Of a stretch of 64,000 nt of DNA, positions 10,741 through 22,872 are shown one piece after another. A program made the translations under genes and the position numbers. How positions within the stretch are numbered: position 1 is the stretch's first letter; each line of letters begins with the position of its first letter. The notes beneath the pieces were generated by a model. The model saw only the letters and a list, made by a program, of their open reading frames with translations, was not told where the DNA came from and made no database searches. This DNA is from Eledone cirrhosa (Eukaryota). The stretch spans positions 37,510,001 through 37,574,000 of the forward strand of contig OZ024742.1 in assembly GCA_964016885.1 (NCBI GenBank), in the 5' to 3' direction.

Positions 10741-13700
10741 GGCGGATAGTGCGCTCTGCGAAACATCATCCAACCGCCACTTTTTCATTGAGGACCTGCT
10801 ATCAGGTAGAGCCTTTCTGGTTGACACAGGTGCAGTTTGTTCAATATGGCCTGTGTGTTGTATGAAGGAGAGTCACCTATTGAGTTGCAGGCAGTAAATT
10901 GTTCGCCGATTCGAACCTTCGGACAAATCTCGCTACCTTTGCAGTTCCGTAATCTGCGGCGCGAGTTTAAATGGATTTTTACTGTCGCTGCCTTGCCGTA
11001 TCCGATTCTAGGCGCGGATTTTCTCCACCATTTTTCATTGACGGTGGACCTCTGTCGTAAACGCCTAATTGATGGCATCACTGGTTTAACTGTTGTTGGC
11101 AAGGCAGCAGGAGTTCCAACGGTTAGCCCGACCTTTTTTCTTGCTAACACCGGCGATACTTACCATGCGTTGTTGAACTCGTTCCCGCAACTGACTCAGG
11201 GAAATTTTCGAGTTGATGAACCAACTCATAACACGGAGCACTTCATAACTACAACTGGTGCTCCCGTTTTTTCTCGTCCTCGTCGCTTGCCTCCGGACAA
11301 ACTCAAAGCAGCACGATCAGAGTTTGATCATATGCTGCAGTTGGGGATTATTCGTCCGTCCACGAGCCCGTGGGCGTCCCCATTACACATGGTACCGAAA
11401 GCGACTGGCGATTGGAGACCTACTGGAGATTATCGACGCTTAAATTCAATAACGGAACCGGACCGTTATCCTATCCCTCATCTGCAAGACTTTGCGTCTT
11501 CGTTGCAGGGATGCAAGGTATTCTCCAAACTGGATTTAATTCGTGCGTACCATCAAATTCCTGTCCATAAAAATGACATTCCAAAAACGGCTATAGTTAC
11601 GCCATTTGGGTCATTTGAGTTTTTGACCATACCGTTCGGATTAAGGAATGCCACTAGTACGTTTCAGCGGTTTATGGATGAAGGTACTCGTGGCCTCGAT
11701 TTCGTCTATACATATATTGACGACCTGCTCATTGCTAGTTCTTCTCAAGAACAACATACGCACCATTTAAATCTTCTTTTCCGCCGATTGAAGGCGTATA
11801 ACGTGCAGATTAATGCACCCAAATGTGTTTTTGGTGCTGAGTCACTGACTTTCTTGGGTCACATCATCGATGCTGACGGTATTCGACCCCGGCCTGAGCG
11901 AGTTAAGGTCATAGAGGATTTGCCTCCACCGACCTCACTACGTCAGTTACGCCAGTTCTTAGGCCTGATTAATTTTTATAGGCGTTTCGTGCCAAATTGT
12001 GCAAGATTGCTTTTCTCCCTGACGGAAATTTTAAAAAATTGTCGGAGGAAGAACAAAGACATTTCTTTAACCGAGACTCAACTTGCTGATTTTCAGCACG
12101 CCAAAACTGCTTTGGCTAATGCTTCTTTACTGGCTCACCCGGTACCCGGTGCAAAGCTAACGCTTTGTGTTGATGCATTGGATATCGCTGTGGGCGCAGT
12201 GCTACAACAAAGCATCAATGGTTACCAGCAACCGCTGGAGTTTTTTTTCCAGAAAAATGAAACCTGCTGAGACGCGCTACATCACCTTTGGAAGAGAGCT
12301 TTTAGCCATCTAATTAGCCGTGAAACATTTTTCACATATGCTAGAGGGTAGACTATTTACTATCCTCACTGACCATAAACCATTGACTTTTGCGTTGAGA
12401 GCGAAGGCTGATAAATACTCGCCCAGAGAGACGAGACACCTTGATTTCATCTCGCAATATACGAATGATATCCAACACATTCCGGGTTCACTGAATACAG
12501 CGGCCGATGCTTTGTCCCCCTTACCCGTGATAGCGATCTCGTCACCCTCTGACATAGATCTGACTCGTTTGGCTGCGGATCAGCCTCCCCTTGAGTCATT
12601 GGATGTTACATCGCCTGAGTTTGCGAATTGCGAGATGAAATACTTGCCTCTGTCGACTGCAGTTGGCCAAATTCTCTGCGACGTCTCTTTGGACGTGCCT
12701 AGGCCCTTCGTTCCAGAGAATCATCGTCGGACCGTGTTTCTGGCATTACATAGTTTCTCGCATCCAGGATCTTCTGCCACAGTTAAACTCATATCAGCTA
12801 GATTTTTCTGGCCAAATATGAGGCGTGAAATTGCTGCTTGGTGTCGTTCCTGCGTCGCTTGCCATAAATCAAAGGTCCATCGACACGTCAAGGCTCCCCT
12901 GGGTACCTTTACTAACCCAGATGCGCGTTTTTTCCCACATTCACATTGATATAGTGGGACCTTGGCCTGTCAGCGACGGTTATTCTTATCTGCTGACTAT
13001 AGTTGACCGTTTTTCGAGATGGCCTGAAGCCATCCCCTTGAACAACATCACCGCTGAGACAACAGCGCGTGCTCTTGTGTCTGGATGGATCTCTCGTTAT
13101 GGAGTTCCATCCACAGTAACTACCGACAGTTCGAGTCGAGCCTTTTCCTCGAACTGTCAAAATTAATTGGTGCTAAACGCATTAGAACTACGGCGTACCA
13201 TCCCGCTTCGAATGGTATGGTGGAGCGTTTTCACCGACAACTGAAGGCCTCCTTAATGGCCTCAATGAACTCGGCGCGTTGTAGCGAGTACCTCCCAATT
13301 GTGCTATTGGGGATTCGGCCAACGGTGAAGGTCGACTTTGGATTTTGACCGGCTGAAGTACTGTACGGTGCCCCTCTGACGTTGCCCGGGCAAATGCTTG
13401 CCCCTATCGATCTTGATGCCCAAGATCACGCTTCCTACGTGTCCCGTTTGCGCTCCTATTTCCAGGATTTGCCGTCAATGGACACTAGGAAACAAACTGT
13501 CAAGACTGCTGTCCCGAGGGATATTGCCTCATGGACGCATGTCTTTGTAAGGAAAGTTCTGTGAAGCCCCCGCTCACACGGCCTTACACTGGACCTTACC
13601 GTGTCTTAGCGCGCTCGGCTAAGCATTTCACTTTAGATATTAAAGGGTCCAGGGAGACAGTTACAATAGACAGGCTTAAGCAGGCACACCTGGACACGGA

Positions 13701-13872
13701 CGCTGTGGTTCCTGATACACGAGACCCCTTCGTATTTGCTTGTTGAGCGAACGCCTGTTCCTGAACCACCATCATCGCCTGTCCCTACACCACTACCATC
13801 GCCACGTTACAAGACCAGTTCAGGTCGTAGGGTCCACTGGCCCAAAAAGTTTTGCAGCACCGTCTATATTTA
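10741..13872 (+). pseudogene. pol: Gypsy-1 pol (protease, RT, RNase H, integrase), frameshifted
   Basis: [38 protein letters not shown] (HSFSHPG..C..C), HIDIVGP, NGMVERFH, GPY motif. Confidence 0.93.
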
Positions 13873-14092
13873 GACTGTGTTAGCTGCACCTTTTTTTTTG
13901 CTTCTGTGTTTCTGCTTTTTCTTTGCCTTTTTTTATGCATGCATGTTGTTTTTTAACATTTTTCAAATCCTTATTCTGGAATTAACGATTGGTAGAGCGA
14001 ACAGCTCCCCCTTGTTGCATTGTTCGCCATCTTACTCCACGTGTGAGTAATAACATCGATTTTCGATGATTTGAAAATCTGGCAGGGGTTAC

Positions 14093-14631
14093 TGTAGTAA
14101 GACGCCTTACGCCCCCCTGTCGGATAATGGACCAGGCCTAGTTGTCTCCACCGGTTGAGAACATCTTTTAAGTAAGCAGCAGACAGCCACGGAAACAGCA
14201 GACAGCAGACAGCAAACAGTCTCTGTACCACGAAACAATAGACAAGCCACGGAGACAGCAAAACAGCACACGGCCTTTGTAATTGTAATACGTTGCCTTC
14301 ACTACAACTGGATCACGTCTATATTGGTATGTTTCATTTGTAATATAATTGTTTCTACTTTTGGCACAAGGCCATCAATTATCCCAGTGCATTACTGGTA
14401 CTTCATTTGTAATATAATAAACACATGATAGACAAAATAAACATCACCATTATTTACATTGTTGAATAGAACTCTCGTTGTGGTTATTATCTTGTCTACG
14501 CACACACCCACTCACTTGTTATAATTCTATGGAGTACCTATCCTCTCACTTACGAAAATGGTAAATAGACGAGGGACTTTCCCTCACGTCTATATTGATA
14601 AACTATCCAACTAGGATACATCATTATCACA
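14093..14631 (+). repeat. Gypsy-1 3' LTR containing a SINE fragment
   Basis: Direct repeat of 8884-9347 with an insertion at 14350-14401. Confidence 0.95.
14350..14401 (-). mobile_element. 5'-truncated SINE (3' end only)
   Basis: Matches the SINE 3' end; 17-bp TSD TTCATTTGTAATATAAT at 14333-14349 and 14402-14418; absent from the 5' LTR. Confidence 0.88.
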
Positions 14632-14635
14632 ATCT

Positions 14636-16626
14636 TAACGGTTAAATTGGTGACCCGACGTGATGAGTATTTTCAGTTCAAAATATTCCTTTTGAAATAA
14701 AATTAAAATTGGCAGTGTATGTATAAGACCATAGACAACGGAATAACTATGTGGCAGCTTCATAGTCTTTACATAGTGTTTACTTCTACGCTTTCACCTC
14801 TTCTATCGTCTCTACCGTTAAGAAAAAAAAGGGAACTAGTTTTTTTTTTTAAGAAAAACAACACGTGGTTTAACTTTCATGAACCCGCCTGCGACAACAT
14901 CTTTGAAAGAAAAAATTAGCTGTATTTTCAAAATTATGGCACGGAAACATTTTTCTTTCGATAAGGCTTCCTGCAATACAAACAAGCAAACACCGAACTC
15001 ACGTGGTGACTTACGGCTCTTCAACGCTCGACTTCGCTTCGATAGCAACAACAACAAAAAAATTCTACTAGCTTCCCAAATAAATTTCAAAGAAAAGAAA
15101 AGGCGAACTTTTTGTTAAAAGAAAAGAAACAATTCTTTCTTTCTTCCTTTTTTTTTTCAGGCAATGTTTGGACATTTATTTTTTTTTAACTATATTATAT
15201 GAAAATTCATTTTTTTTTTATCATTGTATATATGACTGTATCATTTTCTTTATCATTGTATATATGACTGCACCCACACATTCTTTGCTGTATTACATGC
15301 CTGCATATGCACACATATTTCTTTGACACACACCAACATGTTGTTCTTAGTATATGTTCTTCAAACGTAATATTCTGCGAGATCCCTTTTCACCTGGTTG
15401 AGGTGCCGACACATGCTAGCGACTCATAGAGCTTAATTCACCTGGATTCAAACAGGCACCGCAACACGAGAACTGCTAATTCCAGCTGGATTCAAACAGC
15501 TTCGCATCTCGTTGCACACTCCATAACAACCTCCATCTTGTTACCTCACTCGACTCACTGGGAAAACAACAAATGGAACTGGACCTGTCAGCATTTCCAC
15601 CACTTCTGTGGATTCTCCGGAATTATGGAATTTAGACTGCAACTACTACCCACCTACAGATTCAACTTGCTTTTTTTCTTTTCAAAGCAACAATACATCT
15701 GGGAGGCCGACATTTTCTCGCCTACCCATCATCTTCTTGCCAGCACTGGTAAACTACCATAATAGCTTCATCCACAGCTACTGGTACAACACTTACCATT
15801 AACATTTAATGCAAGAACAGCAACTTCGCCCCTGTCAGACTTTATCCGTTTTCTGTTAAACCCTTGGTGGTCACGTATAAACTACAAAACAGCTAGTCAT
15901 TTGACACAGCGGCTCAACACGGCCCTTAGCGCCTCATGTTTTTTCTTGCATGCATTCTTCTGTTCAATTATTTTTTTCACTGATGTGCTCTTTCAGCATT
16001 TTTTCCTGATTCAATAATCTGTATCGTCTTACGACTAGAGGGGGAGTATTGTAGTGACCTACATTCCGCGGGCTCACATACATTATCTGTACGTGATTTG
16101 GCACAGCTCAGACAATCAGCGCCATTAGAAGAGAATGTATCCCTACGCGCCCTGAGGGAGAAATTCCCCGCGGGAATTTGAAGAATCAGCCTCTCGCATC
16201 CTGAACTTCGAAGGAGCAACACGTACAACATGTAACGGTGAGATTTTGCACTTTGGCCTGCCGGCCTTCCTTGGGCCTGGCACAATGGCACATTCCCTTT
16301 TGTAACCTCATTTTATGTGTAACTTCAACCATACAAATTAACAAACATTATTTGTGCTGGTGAATTGGCAGTATCGGTAGAGGATTGGACCCCATGCTTT
16401 CTAGCATAGTTACGTCCCTTTACAGTCTGAGTTCAAATCCCGCCGAGGTTAACTTTACCTTTCATCCGCACGGGGTCGATAAAATAAAGTACCAGTAATG
16501 TACTGGGTAATTGCTGGCCTTGTGTCTAAAGTAGAAACAATTATTTGTGCTACAACAAAAATAAACATACATTTCATCTCTAATTTCTGCTGTTGACATT
16601 ATTATGTTACTCGTGTCCCAATAACA
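14636..16626 (+). mobile_element. LTR-3 non-coding internal region and 3' LTR (16050-~16626)
   Basis: PBS TGGTGACCCGACGTGAT at 14648 (tRNA-Trp-like); purine tract AGAGGGGGAGTA directly before TGTAGTGACC at 16050; ends AATAACA; no recognisable gag/pol ORF. Confidence 0.65.
16359..16539 (+). mobile_element. tRNA-derived SINE (central domain resembles the Meta domain of MetaSINEs)
   Basis: A/B boxes, CTTTCATCC..GGGGTCGATAAAAT..GTACCAG core, 12-bp TSD ATTATTTGTGCT. Confidence 0.85.
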
Positions 16627-16639
16627 TTTATATACTATG

Positions 16640-17015
16640 CTGCTAAAGACTAACCTCTCGGAGGTTGAGGTCACAAGAGTAATTAAAGAGTGCAAGGATG
16701 CTGGGGAGGATGAAATTCGAGCCGAGATATCAAAAGCCTTAAATAGAGAAGGTATTTTATGGTCGACTCGTGTATGCCGAGTGGCTTGGATTTCTGGAAA
16801 GGCACCTAAGCAATGGCAATCGGGATTGATAATGCCAAATTTCAAAAAGAGAACAAGAGAAATTGCTCCAATTATATACGGATCTTCTTTACAGTATATA
16901 CTAAGAGTCTGGCAAAGAGATGTAGGGAAATTTTCGAATACAAGCGAGCTGACGAACAGTGGGGTTTTCGCTCGGACGCAGCATAGCCGACACAATATTT
17001 AGACTGTGGCAGATC
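16640..17015 (+). mobile_element. RTE LINE fragment (RT N-terminal part)
   Basis: AGEDEIRAE..KAL, WQSGLIMP.FKK; interrupted at CAGATC by Gypsy-2 and resuming at 22533. Confidence 0.8.
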
Positions 17016-17499
17016 TGGAGCGACGTGGTTGGTCAGTCTGGTCACTACTTCCGATCAGATCCGAGAATAGCCCTTAAAAGGACTGTTATCGCATACGGTC
17101 TGATCGTATCTGAAGATAGCCCTTAAAAGAACTGTTGTCACATACGGTAAGGATGAACAGACGAAAGCACAAGTTGAAAGGACGAAGCAAGGCGAGAGAT
17201 GTAGTTTCGATCAGCTATTTATTTTCACATGAAGCGACGATACAAGGTACAAGGCGTGTGTGAGTGACAAGCGTGGCAGAGGCGAGGAAAAACGATACGC
17301 GGGTTGACTCTGCCAAATGTCGACTGGCGAAAGTGTTTGGAATCACTCTATTTATACAGAAACAATCGTTTGATGTTTAGTCGCTGCGTAGGCGTTTATT
17401 CTGATGGATTCTAAGGGTTGTTTGTTTCACGGTGAGGTAGCTAGCTAACAGATAGATGGAGCTGTATATTTCACAGATGTTATTTCCGGTGGCTGTACA
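17016..17499 (-). repeat. Gypsy-2 3' LTR
   Basis: Direct repeat of 22069-22532; minus-strand TATAAATA (~17350) and AATAAA (~17220); internal ~50-bp tandem repeat. Confidence 0.95.
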
Positions 17500-18278
17500 T
17501 TAGCCCCCCTGCCAGATCTTTTGTACAACAAAAGAGCGAAATATCGTATAGTAACGGGCCAGTGGTGCATATGTCATGACAATAGCACAAGGAGTGTCCG
17601 ACACGTTGTGAAATTTTGTGATCATCGAGTATAGGACAGAGTCGATGTAAAGATGATATGGCAAGATGTGTGTGTCAGGAAAAGAAAAAAGAAATAAACT
17701 ATAAAATGACTGACCAGATTTATGCAGGCGTGATGAATGACCCTGTTGCAATTTGGGTCGAGCTGTCTGTGAAATGCGTGACAAAAAGTCTAACTGGGCA
17801 GTGAAGATAACCGTAATGTGTGAACTGAATGGCCGTAAGCATGCTGCCTAAAAGTAACAGTTTGCTCCACCACATATGACTTGAGCGAATGCATGTGGTA
17901 AAAAAAATAGCGAGGCATTCTCGAGCTATTGAGTGAATGTGTACGTGAAAAAAGAAGGCCAGTGTTTCGAGGATGCGATTTGTGAAATGCGTGATCAAAG
18001 AGAAAACATTTTGTAGTGTAAGAGTTAGAGGGACACAAATATCTATTGCTCAGTGTATGAACCAAAAGGTGAAACAAACGTGGTTTTGTAGTGTGCATGA
18101 AAAACAGAATATGTACACGCCTTGTATGTATATAAAAATTATGGCAATTACACAATTAATGTTACAGAACAAGAAAAATTAAAAATTTTGCAAAACAAGA
18201 GAGAGAAGAAAAAAAAAAAATGTTATATACAATGCTATACACAATGTTTATTCTTAAATAGTGTTTGTAATAGATAAT

Positions 18279-18470
18279 TGTTTCTACTGTTGGCACAAGG
18301 CCAGCAATTATCCCAGAGCAGTACTGGTACTTTATTTTATCGACCCCGTAAGGATGAAAGGCAAAGTTAACCTCGGCGGGATTTGAACTCAGAACATAAA
18401 GGGCTGTAAACTCTATGCTGTAAAGCATGGTGTCTGACGCTCTACCGATACTGCCAATTCACCGCCCTTT
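18279..18470 (-). mobile_element. Full-length tRNA-derived SINE in the Gypsy-2 3' UTR
   Basis: 18-bp TSD GTGTTTGTAATAGATAAT at 18261-18278 and 18471-18488; A and B boxes. Confidence 0.9.
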
Positions 18471-18645
18471 GTGTTTGTAATAGATAATGTTCATAATAAA
18501 TAATGTTCTTCGTGACATGAGCACATGGTCACTAAAAATTGCAATTGTTCAAGCAGAAAGTTCATTGTATTTGAAACTGGAAATAGTAAACACAAGGGAA
18601 ATGGGAATGTTTTGCATGAAGAATGATTAAGAAACTCACTTGAGG

Positions 18646-21600
18646 TTAACGGTAATTCACATATTGTACCAACTTGGCGGGCCAATGGACACGTCGTCCA
18701 CCTCTCGTGACTGGAGATGAAACAGGTGGCTTGCTGGGACAGCAATATGTTGGAGTTTCTGGTGGAGACTGTAACAGTATCCATGATGGCTTTTTTAATC
18801 TGTCCACGCTGACAGAATTCTGTTTACCATCTAGATCGAGAATAAAATATTTCTGATATTTTTTTAGAGCACGATAAGGGCCAGAATATGGAGGTCGAAG
18901 ATGAGCTGAGATGGTGTCGTTTCGAATGAAAACGTGTGTCCAATCTTTAATGTCTGAAGGTACGTGTGTGGTCGTGTTCTGTTGACGGGTGCTTGCAGGA
19001 GCAAGGTGAGACATATATTGTCGAAGACGGTGCACGTATGATCCTGGGTCAGGAACGTCCTGAGGCGAGATGGGAGCAACCATCTGACCAGGTAGAACCA
19101 GGGTGGTGCCGTACACTAATTCTGCAGGTGTGTGTCCGAATACCTCCTTAACGGTGGATCGAATGCCCAGAAGGATGAGTGGCAAGTATTCAAACCAGTG
19201 GGTCTTGTCTGGATATGCTTTTATTGCAGCTTTCAATTGACGATGGAATCTTCCCACGAGACCATTAGCTTGCTGGTGATAAGCTGTCGTGCGGATGTGT
19301 TTACATCCTAACAGGCGAGTCAGTTCCCTGAAGAGGTGGGAGTCAAATTGGCGTCCTCTGTCCGTTGTTATCTTCGCTGGGGCGCCATAACGTGATACCC
19401 AGTGTAAAACCAAAGTTTTAGCGACTGTTTCCGCTGAGGTATCATTTATGGGAAAAGCCTCAGGCCAACGGGAAAATCGATCTATGCAGGTGAGCAAGTG
19501 TGTGTAGTTCTGTGATGGTGGTAGAGGTCCGACGATGTCGATATGCACATGATGAAAACGTGCATCAGGTTGCGCGAATGTGCCGAGTGGAGTTTTGATG
19601 TGTCTGTGGACTTTGGCTTTCTGGCAGGCAATGCAGCTCCTGGACCGGTCGCGCACGTCCTTGTTAATGTTAGTCCACACAAAACGAGCAGAGATGAGTT
19701 TCTGTGTAGCCCGGATTCCCGGGTGAGACAAGCAGTGTAAATCAGAAAAAACTTGCCGACGATGCATCTGTGGTATGTACGGTCGTTCATGACCGGTAGA
19801 AATGTCGCACCAAATTTGTCCCCGGAGAAGAAGGAATGGGAACTTGCTGAAACTTGAGGGATGGCGAATCTCGGAGCTTGATAAACTCTTCTTCAGTCTC
19901 TTGGTCAGCTGCGATCTGTTGAAGGTCGATGCCTGAATGCACATGTATTGCGTTCAGCTGGATTCGGGACAGGGCGTCGGCTGCTACGTTGTCTGATCCC
20001 TTGATATGCCGAATATCAGTTGAATATTCGGAGACAAAATCCAGGTGTCGGAGTTCTCTCGGTGAATGTCGATCAGGTTTGGTACGGAATGCGTAAACTA
20101 GTGGTTTATGGTCCGCGTAGATCACGAAATCCGACCCTTGGAGCATATGCCGAAAATGCTTAACCGAAAGGTAGGTTGCCAAGAGTTCGCGGCCAAACGT
20201 ACTGTATTTCGTTTCTGCAGGTTGCAACCGCTTAGGAAAGAAGGATAAGGGTTACCAAACGCCGTCGACATGTTGTAAAACGCCTCCAACCCCCGTGTCT
20301 GATGCGTCCACTAGCAGCGAAAGAGGAGCGCCAGACCTGGAGAAAATGAGCATGGAAGCGTTTGCCAACATTTCCTTCAAGCAGTTAAAAGATGTTAATT
20401 CCTCTTCTTTTAGAGTGATCTCTTCGTTTTTGCGAGTCCGGTTGCGAAGAAGGTCCGTGAGGAGTCTGGCTGCGTCGGAACAATGAGGGATGAAACGCCT
20501 ATAAAAATTCACCAGACCGAGGAATTCACGCAGTTTCCGAAGTGATGTAGGTGCGGGAAAACTGCGGATAGCTTCTACTTTCTCGGGAAGTGGACGAATG
20601 CCGTCTTTATCAATGATGTGCCCGAGAAAGGACAGTGAAGGAACGCCGAGAAGGCACTTGCTGGGGTTGATGATGATACCATACTCGGCCAAACGTTGGA
20701 AAAGGAGATCTAAGTGATTCTCGTGTTCTTGCTCGGAAGTACTTGCTACCAGCACGTCGTCAATATACGCGTATACGAAGGGTAGATCGCGTAACTCGGT
20801 GTCAATAAACCGCTGAAAAGTTTGTGCAGCATTGCGCAGACCGAACGGTGTTGTGATTGCGGTTTTCGGAATATCTGCAGGCTCCATAGGTATCTGGTTG
20901 TATGCACGCACCAAATCTATCTTGGAAAAGATTCGTGCGCCTTGCAGAGAGGCAGAAAAGTCGTGCAAGTGAGGTACAGGGTAATTATCGGGTACTGTAG
21001 AATTGTTAAGTGCACGATAATCCCCACATGGTCGCCAATCATTCTCCGTTTTTTTAGGAACAAGGTGTAGTAGGGGTGCAGACCAGTTGTTGGAGGAAGG
21101 GCGAATGATTCCGAGGTCCAGCATGTGTTGAAACTCCTGTTTGGCGATTCTCAATCGGTCTGGAGGCAGTCTCCTTGGTCGGGCAGCTGTGGGTGGTCCT
21201 CTTGTCTCGATGTGGTGTGTGACACTATGCTTAATAGGACCATCCTTAAATACCGGGCGAGTGATGTCTGGGTATTTCTGGAGAATGCCGTTGTACCGCG
21301 AAGGCTCTGACTGGCAAATTACAGGGCTCACTGTGGATTGCGTGGTAAATATACCTCTCACAGTGAGGTTTGTGGTGGTGTCGATAAGCCTCCGGTTCTT
21401 CATGTCCACCAGAAGGTTGAAGTGGTGGAGAAAATCGCCTCCTAAGATAAGGGTTGGAAGGTCTGCCACGACGAACACCCATTGAAAACGACGCCTCAGG
21501 CCTAAATTGAGGGTCAGTGATTTCTCCCCGAAAGTCGGAATTGACGATTGGTTCACTGCCTGCAGAAAGGACGGTGTTGGATTTCTTTTGCCCGAGATTA

Positions 21601-22009
21601 GTGAAACAGGAATAACACTAACCTGGGCTCCTGTATCCACGAGGTAACGGATGCCTGTCGCTTGGTCGTTAATAAAAAATAGACGACTTTTCTTTTCAGT
21701 ACCAGGAGTGAACGTGGTCGCTCGGACCGCGGTGGTATTCTGGAAAGAGCACGGGGCTTTGCACTTAGATGCCTGTGGGCCGAAATTTGCGTGATACCAG
21801 CAGAGGTTGCCAGACACATGATTTTGACTGGGACTTCTGGATCTTCGACTGTGAAAAGGCCTGGATCGACTGTTGCTGCGTCGCCGGTGTGTTTGAAAGG
21901 TCAGGTTCTCTACTTGATTTGAGAGGGCTTTAATTTGACCAGCCTGCTCTCTGATCATAGCCCGCAGCTCTGAAATCTCGACCTCTGTCGTTGGTTGTGA
22001 CATGTCCAT
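18646..22009 (-). pseudogene. pol: Gypsy-2 gag C-terminus and pol, frameshifted
   Basis: [61 protein letters not shown] in ORFs 20252-22009, 19787-20227 and 18646-19944. Confidence 0.93.
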
Positions 22010-22034
22010 GTTGGTATCTTCTTAGGTGCTATCT

Positions 22035-22066
22035 GGTTGCACGTTCGAATCACGTCGGGGTCACCA
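22035..22066 (-). promoter_or_regulatory. Primer-binding site for tRNA-Trp, extended
   Basis: Plus strand reads GGTTGCACGTTCGAATCACGTCGGGGTCACCA, resembling the 3' part of metazoan tRNA-Trp including CCA; 2 nt from the 5' LTR. Confidence 0.85.
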
Positions 22067-22068
22067 AT

Positions 22069-22532
22069 TGTAGCGACGTGGTTGGTCAGTCTAGTCTCTA
22101 CTTCCGATCAGATACGAGAATAGCCCTTAAAAGGACTGTTATCGCATACGGTCTGATCGTATCTGAAGATAGCCCTTAAAAGAACTGTTGTCACATACGG
22201 TAAGGATGAACAGACGAAAGCACAAGTTGAAAGGACGAAGCAAGGCAAGAGATGTAGTTTCGATCAGCGACGATACAATGTACAAGGCGTGTGTGAGTGA
22301 CAAGCGTGGCAGAGGCGAGGAACAACGATACGCGGGTTGACTCTGCCAAATGTCGACTGGCGAACGTGTTTGGAATCACTCTATTTATACAGAAACAATC
22401 GTTTGATGTTTAGTCGCTGCGTAGGCGTTTATTCTGATGGATTCTAAGGGTTGTTTGTTTCACGGTGAGGTAGCTAGCTAACAGATAGATGGAGCTCTAT
22501 ATTTCACAGATGTTATTTCCGGTGGCTGTACA
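22069..22532 (-). repeat. Gypsy-2 5' LTR
   Basis: TG..CA; ~20 bp shorter than the 3' LTR because of a deletion near 22268. Confidence 0.95.
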
Positions 22533-22700
22533 GGTCTTTGATAAATCGTGGGAGTATTATCACAGAGTGTATTTTGTTTCGTAAATCTCGAAAAAGCAGA
22601 TTACTGAGTTCCACGGGATCTGTTGTGGAAGGTTCTGCAGGAGTATAGAATCGATGGACAGCTTTTGTTGCCCCGATGTCTCTGTACGAATGCTCAAATG
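22533..22700 (+). mobile_element. RTE LINE fragment (continuation)
   Basis: F.KSWEY and LWKVLQEYRIDGQLL continue the RT broken at 17015. Confidence 0.75.
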
Positions 22701-22707
22701 TCTCAAA

Positions 22708-22872
22708 GGCGGTGGTTTGGCAGTATCGGTAGAGAGTCGGACGCCATGCTTTCCAGCATAGTTACGTCCCTTTACGATCTGAGTTCAAATCCCGCTGAGG
22801 TTGACTTTGCCTTTCATCCTTACCAGTAATGCACTGAGTAATTGCTGGCCTTGTGCCTAAAGTAGAAACAAT
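22708..22872 (+). mobile_element. tRNA-derived SINE, internally deleted
   Basis: Same head, B box and GTAGAAACAATTAT tail as the other copies. Confidence 0.85.

Larger units (their letters stand above)
8884..14631 (+). mobile_element. Gypsy/Ty3 LTR retrotransposon (Gypsy-1), near full length, disrupted
   Basis: TG..CA LTRs 8884-9347 and 14093-14631, 4-bp TSD ATCT, PBS TGGTAACCTCGAC at 9349, purine tract 14081-14092, gag-PR-RT-RH-IN order. Confidence 0.95.
17016..22532 (-). mobile_element. Gypsy/Ty3 LTR retrotransposon (Gypsy-2), gag partly deleted
   Basis: LTRs 17016-17499 and 22069-22532, TSD GATC/GGTC, tRNA-Trp PBS ending at 22066, purine tract next to 17500, pol on the minus strand. Confidence 0.95.

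Noticed and set aside
16359-16450. tRNA genes at the SINE heads (also 18.4, 22.7, 60.4, 63.6 kb)
   Set aside because: A/B boxes are present but there is no cloverleaf, and each continues into a SINE body and tail, mostly with TSDs.
17500-18640. env-like third ORF in Gypsy-2
   Set aside because: Only short low-complexity ORFs in a 3' UTR containing a SINE.
22035-22066. tRNA-Trp gene
   Set aside because: Only the 3' part, with encoded CCA and adjacent to an LTR, so it is a PBS.
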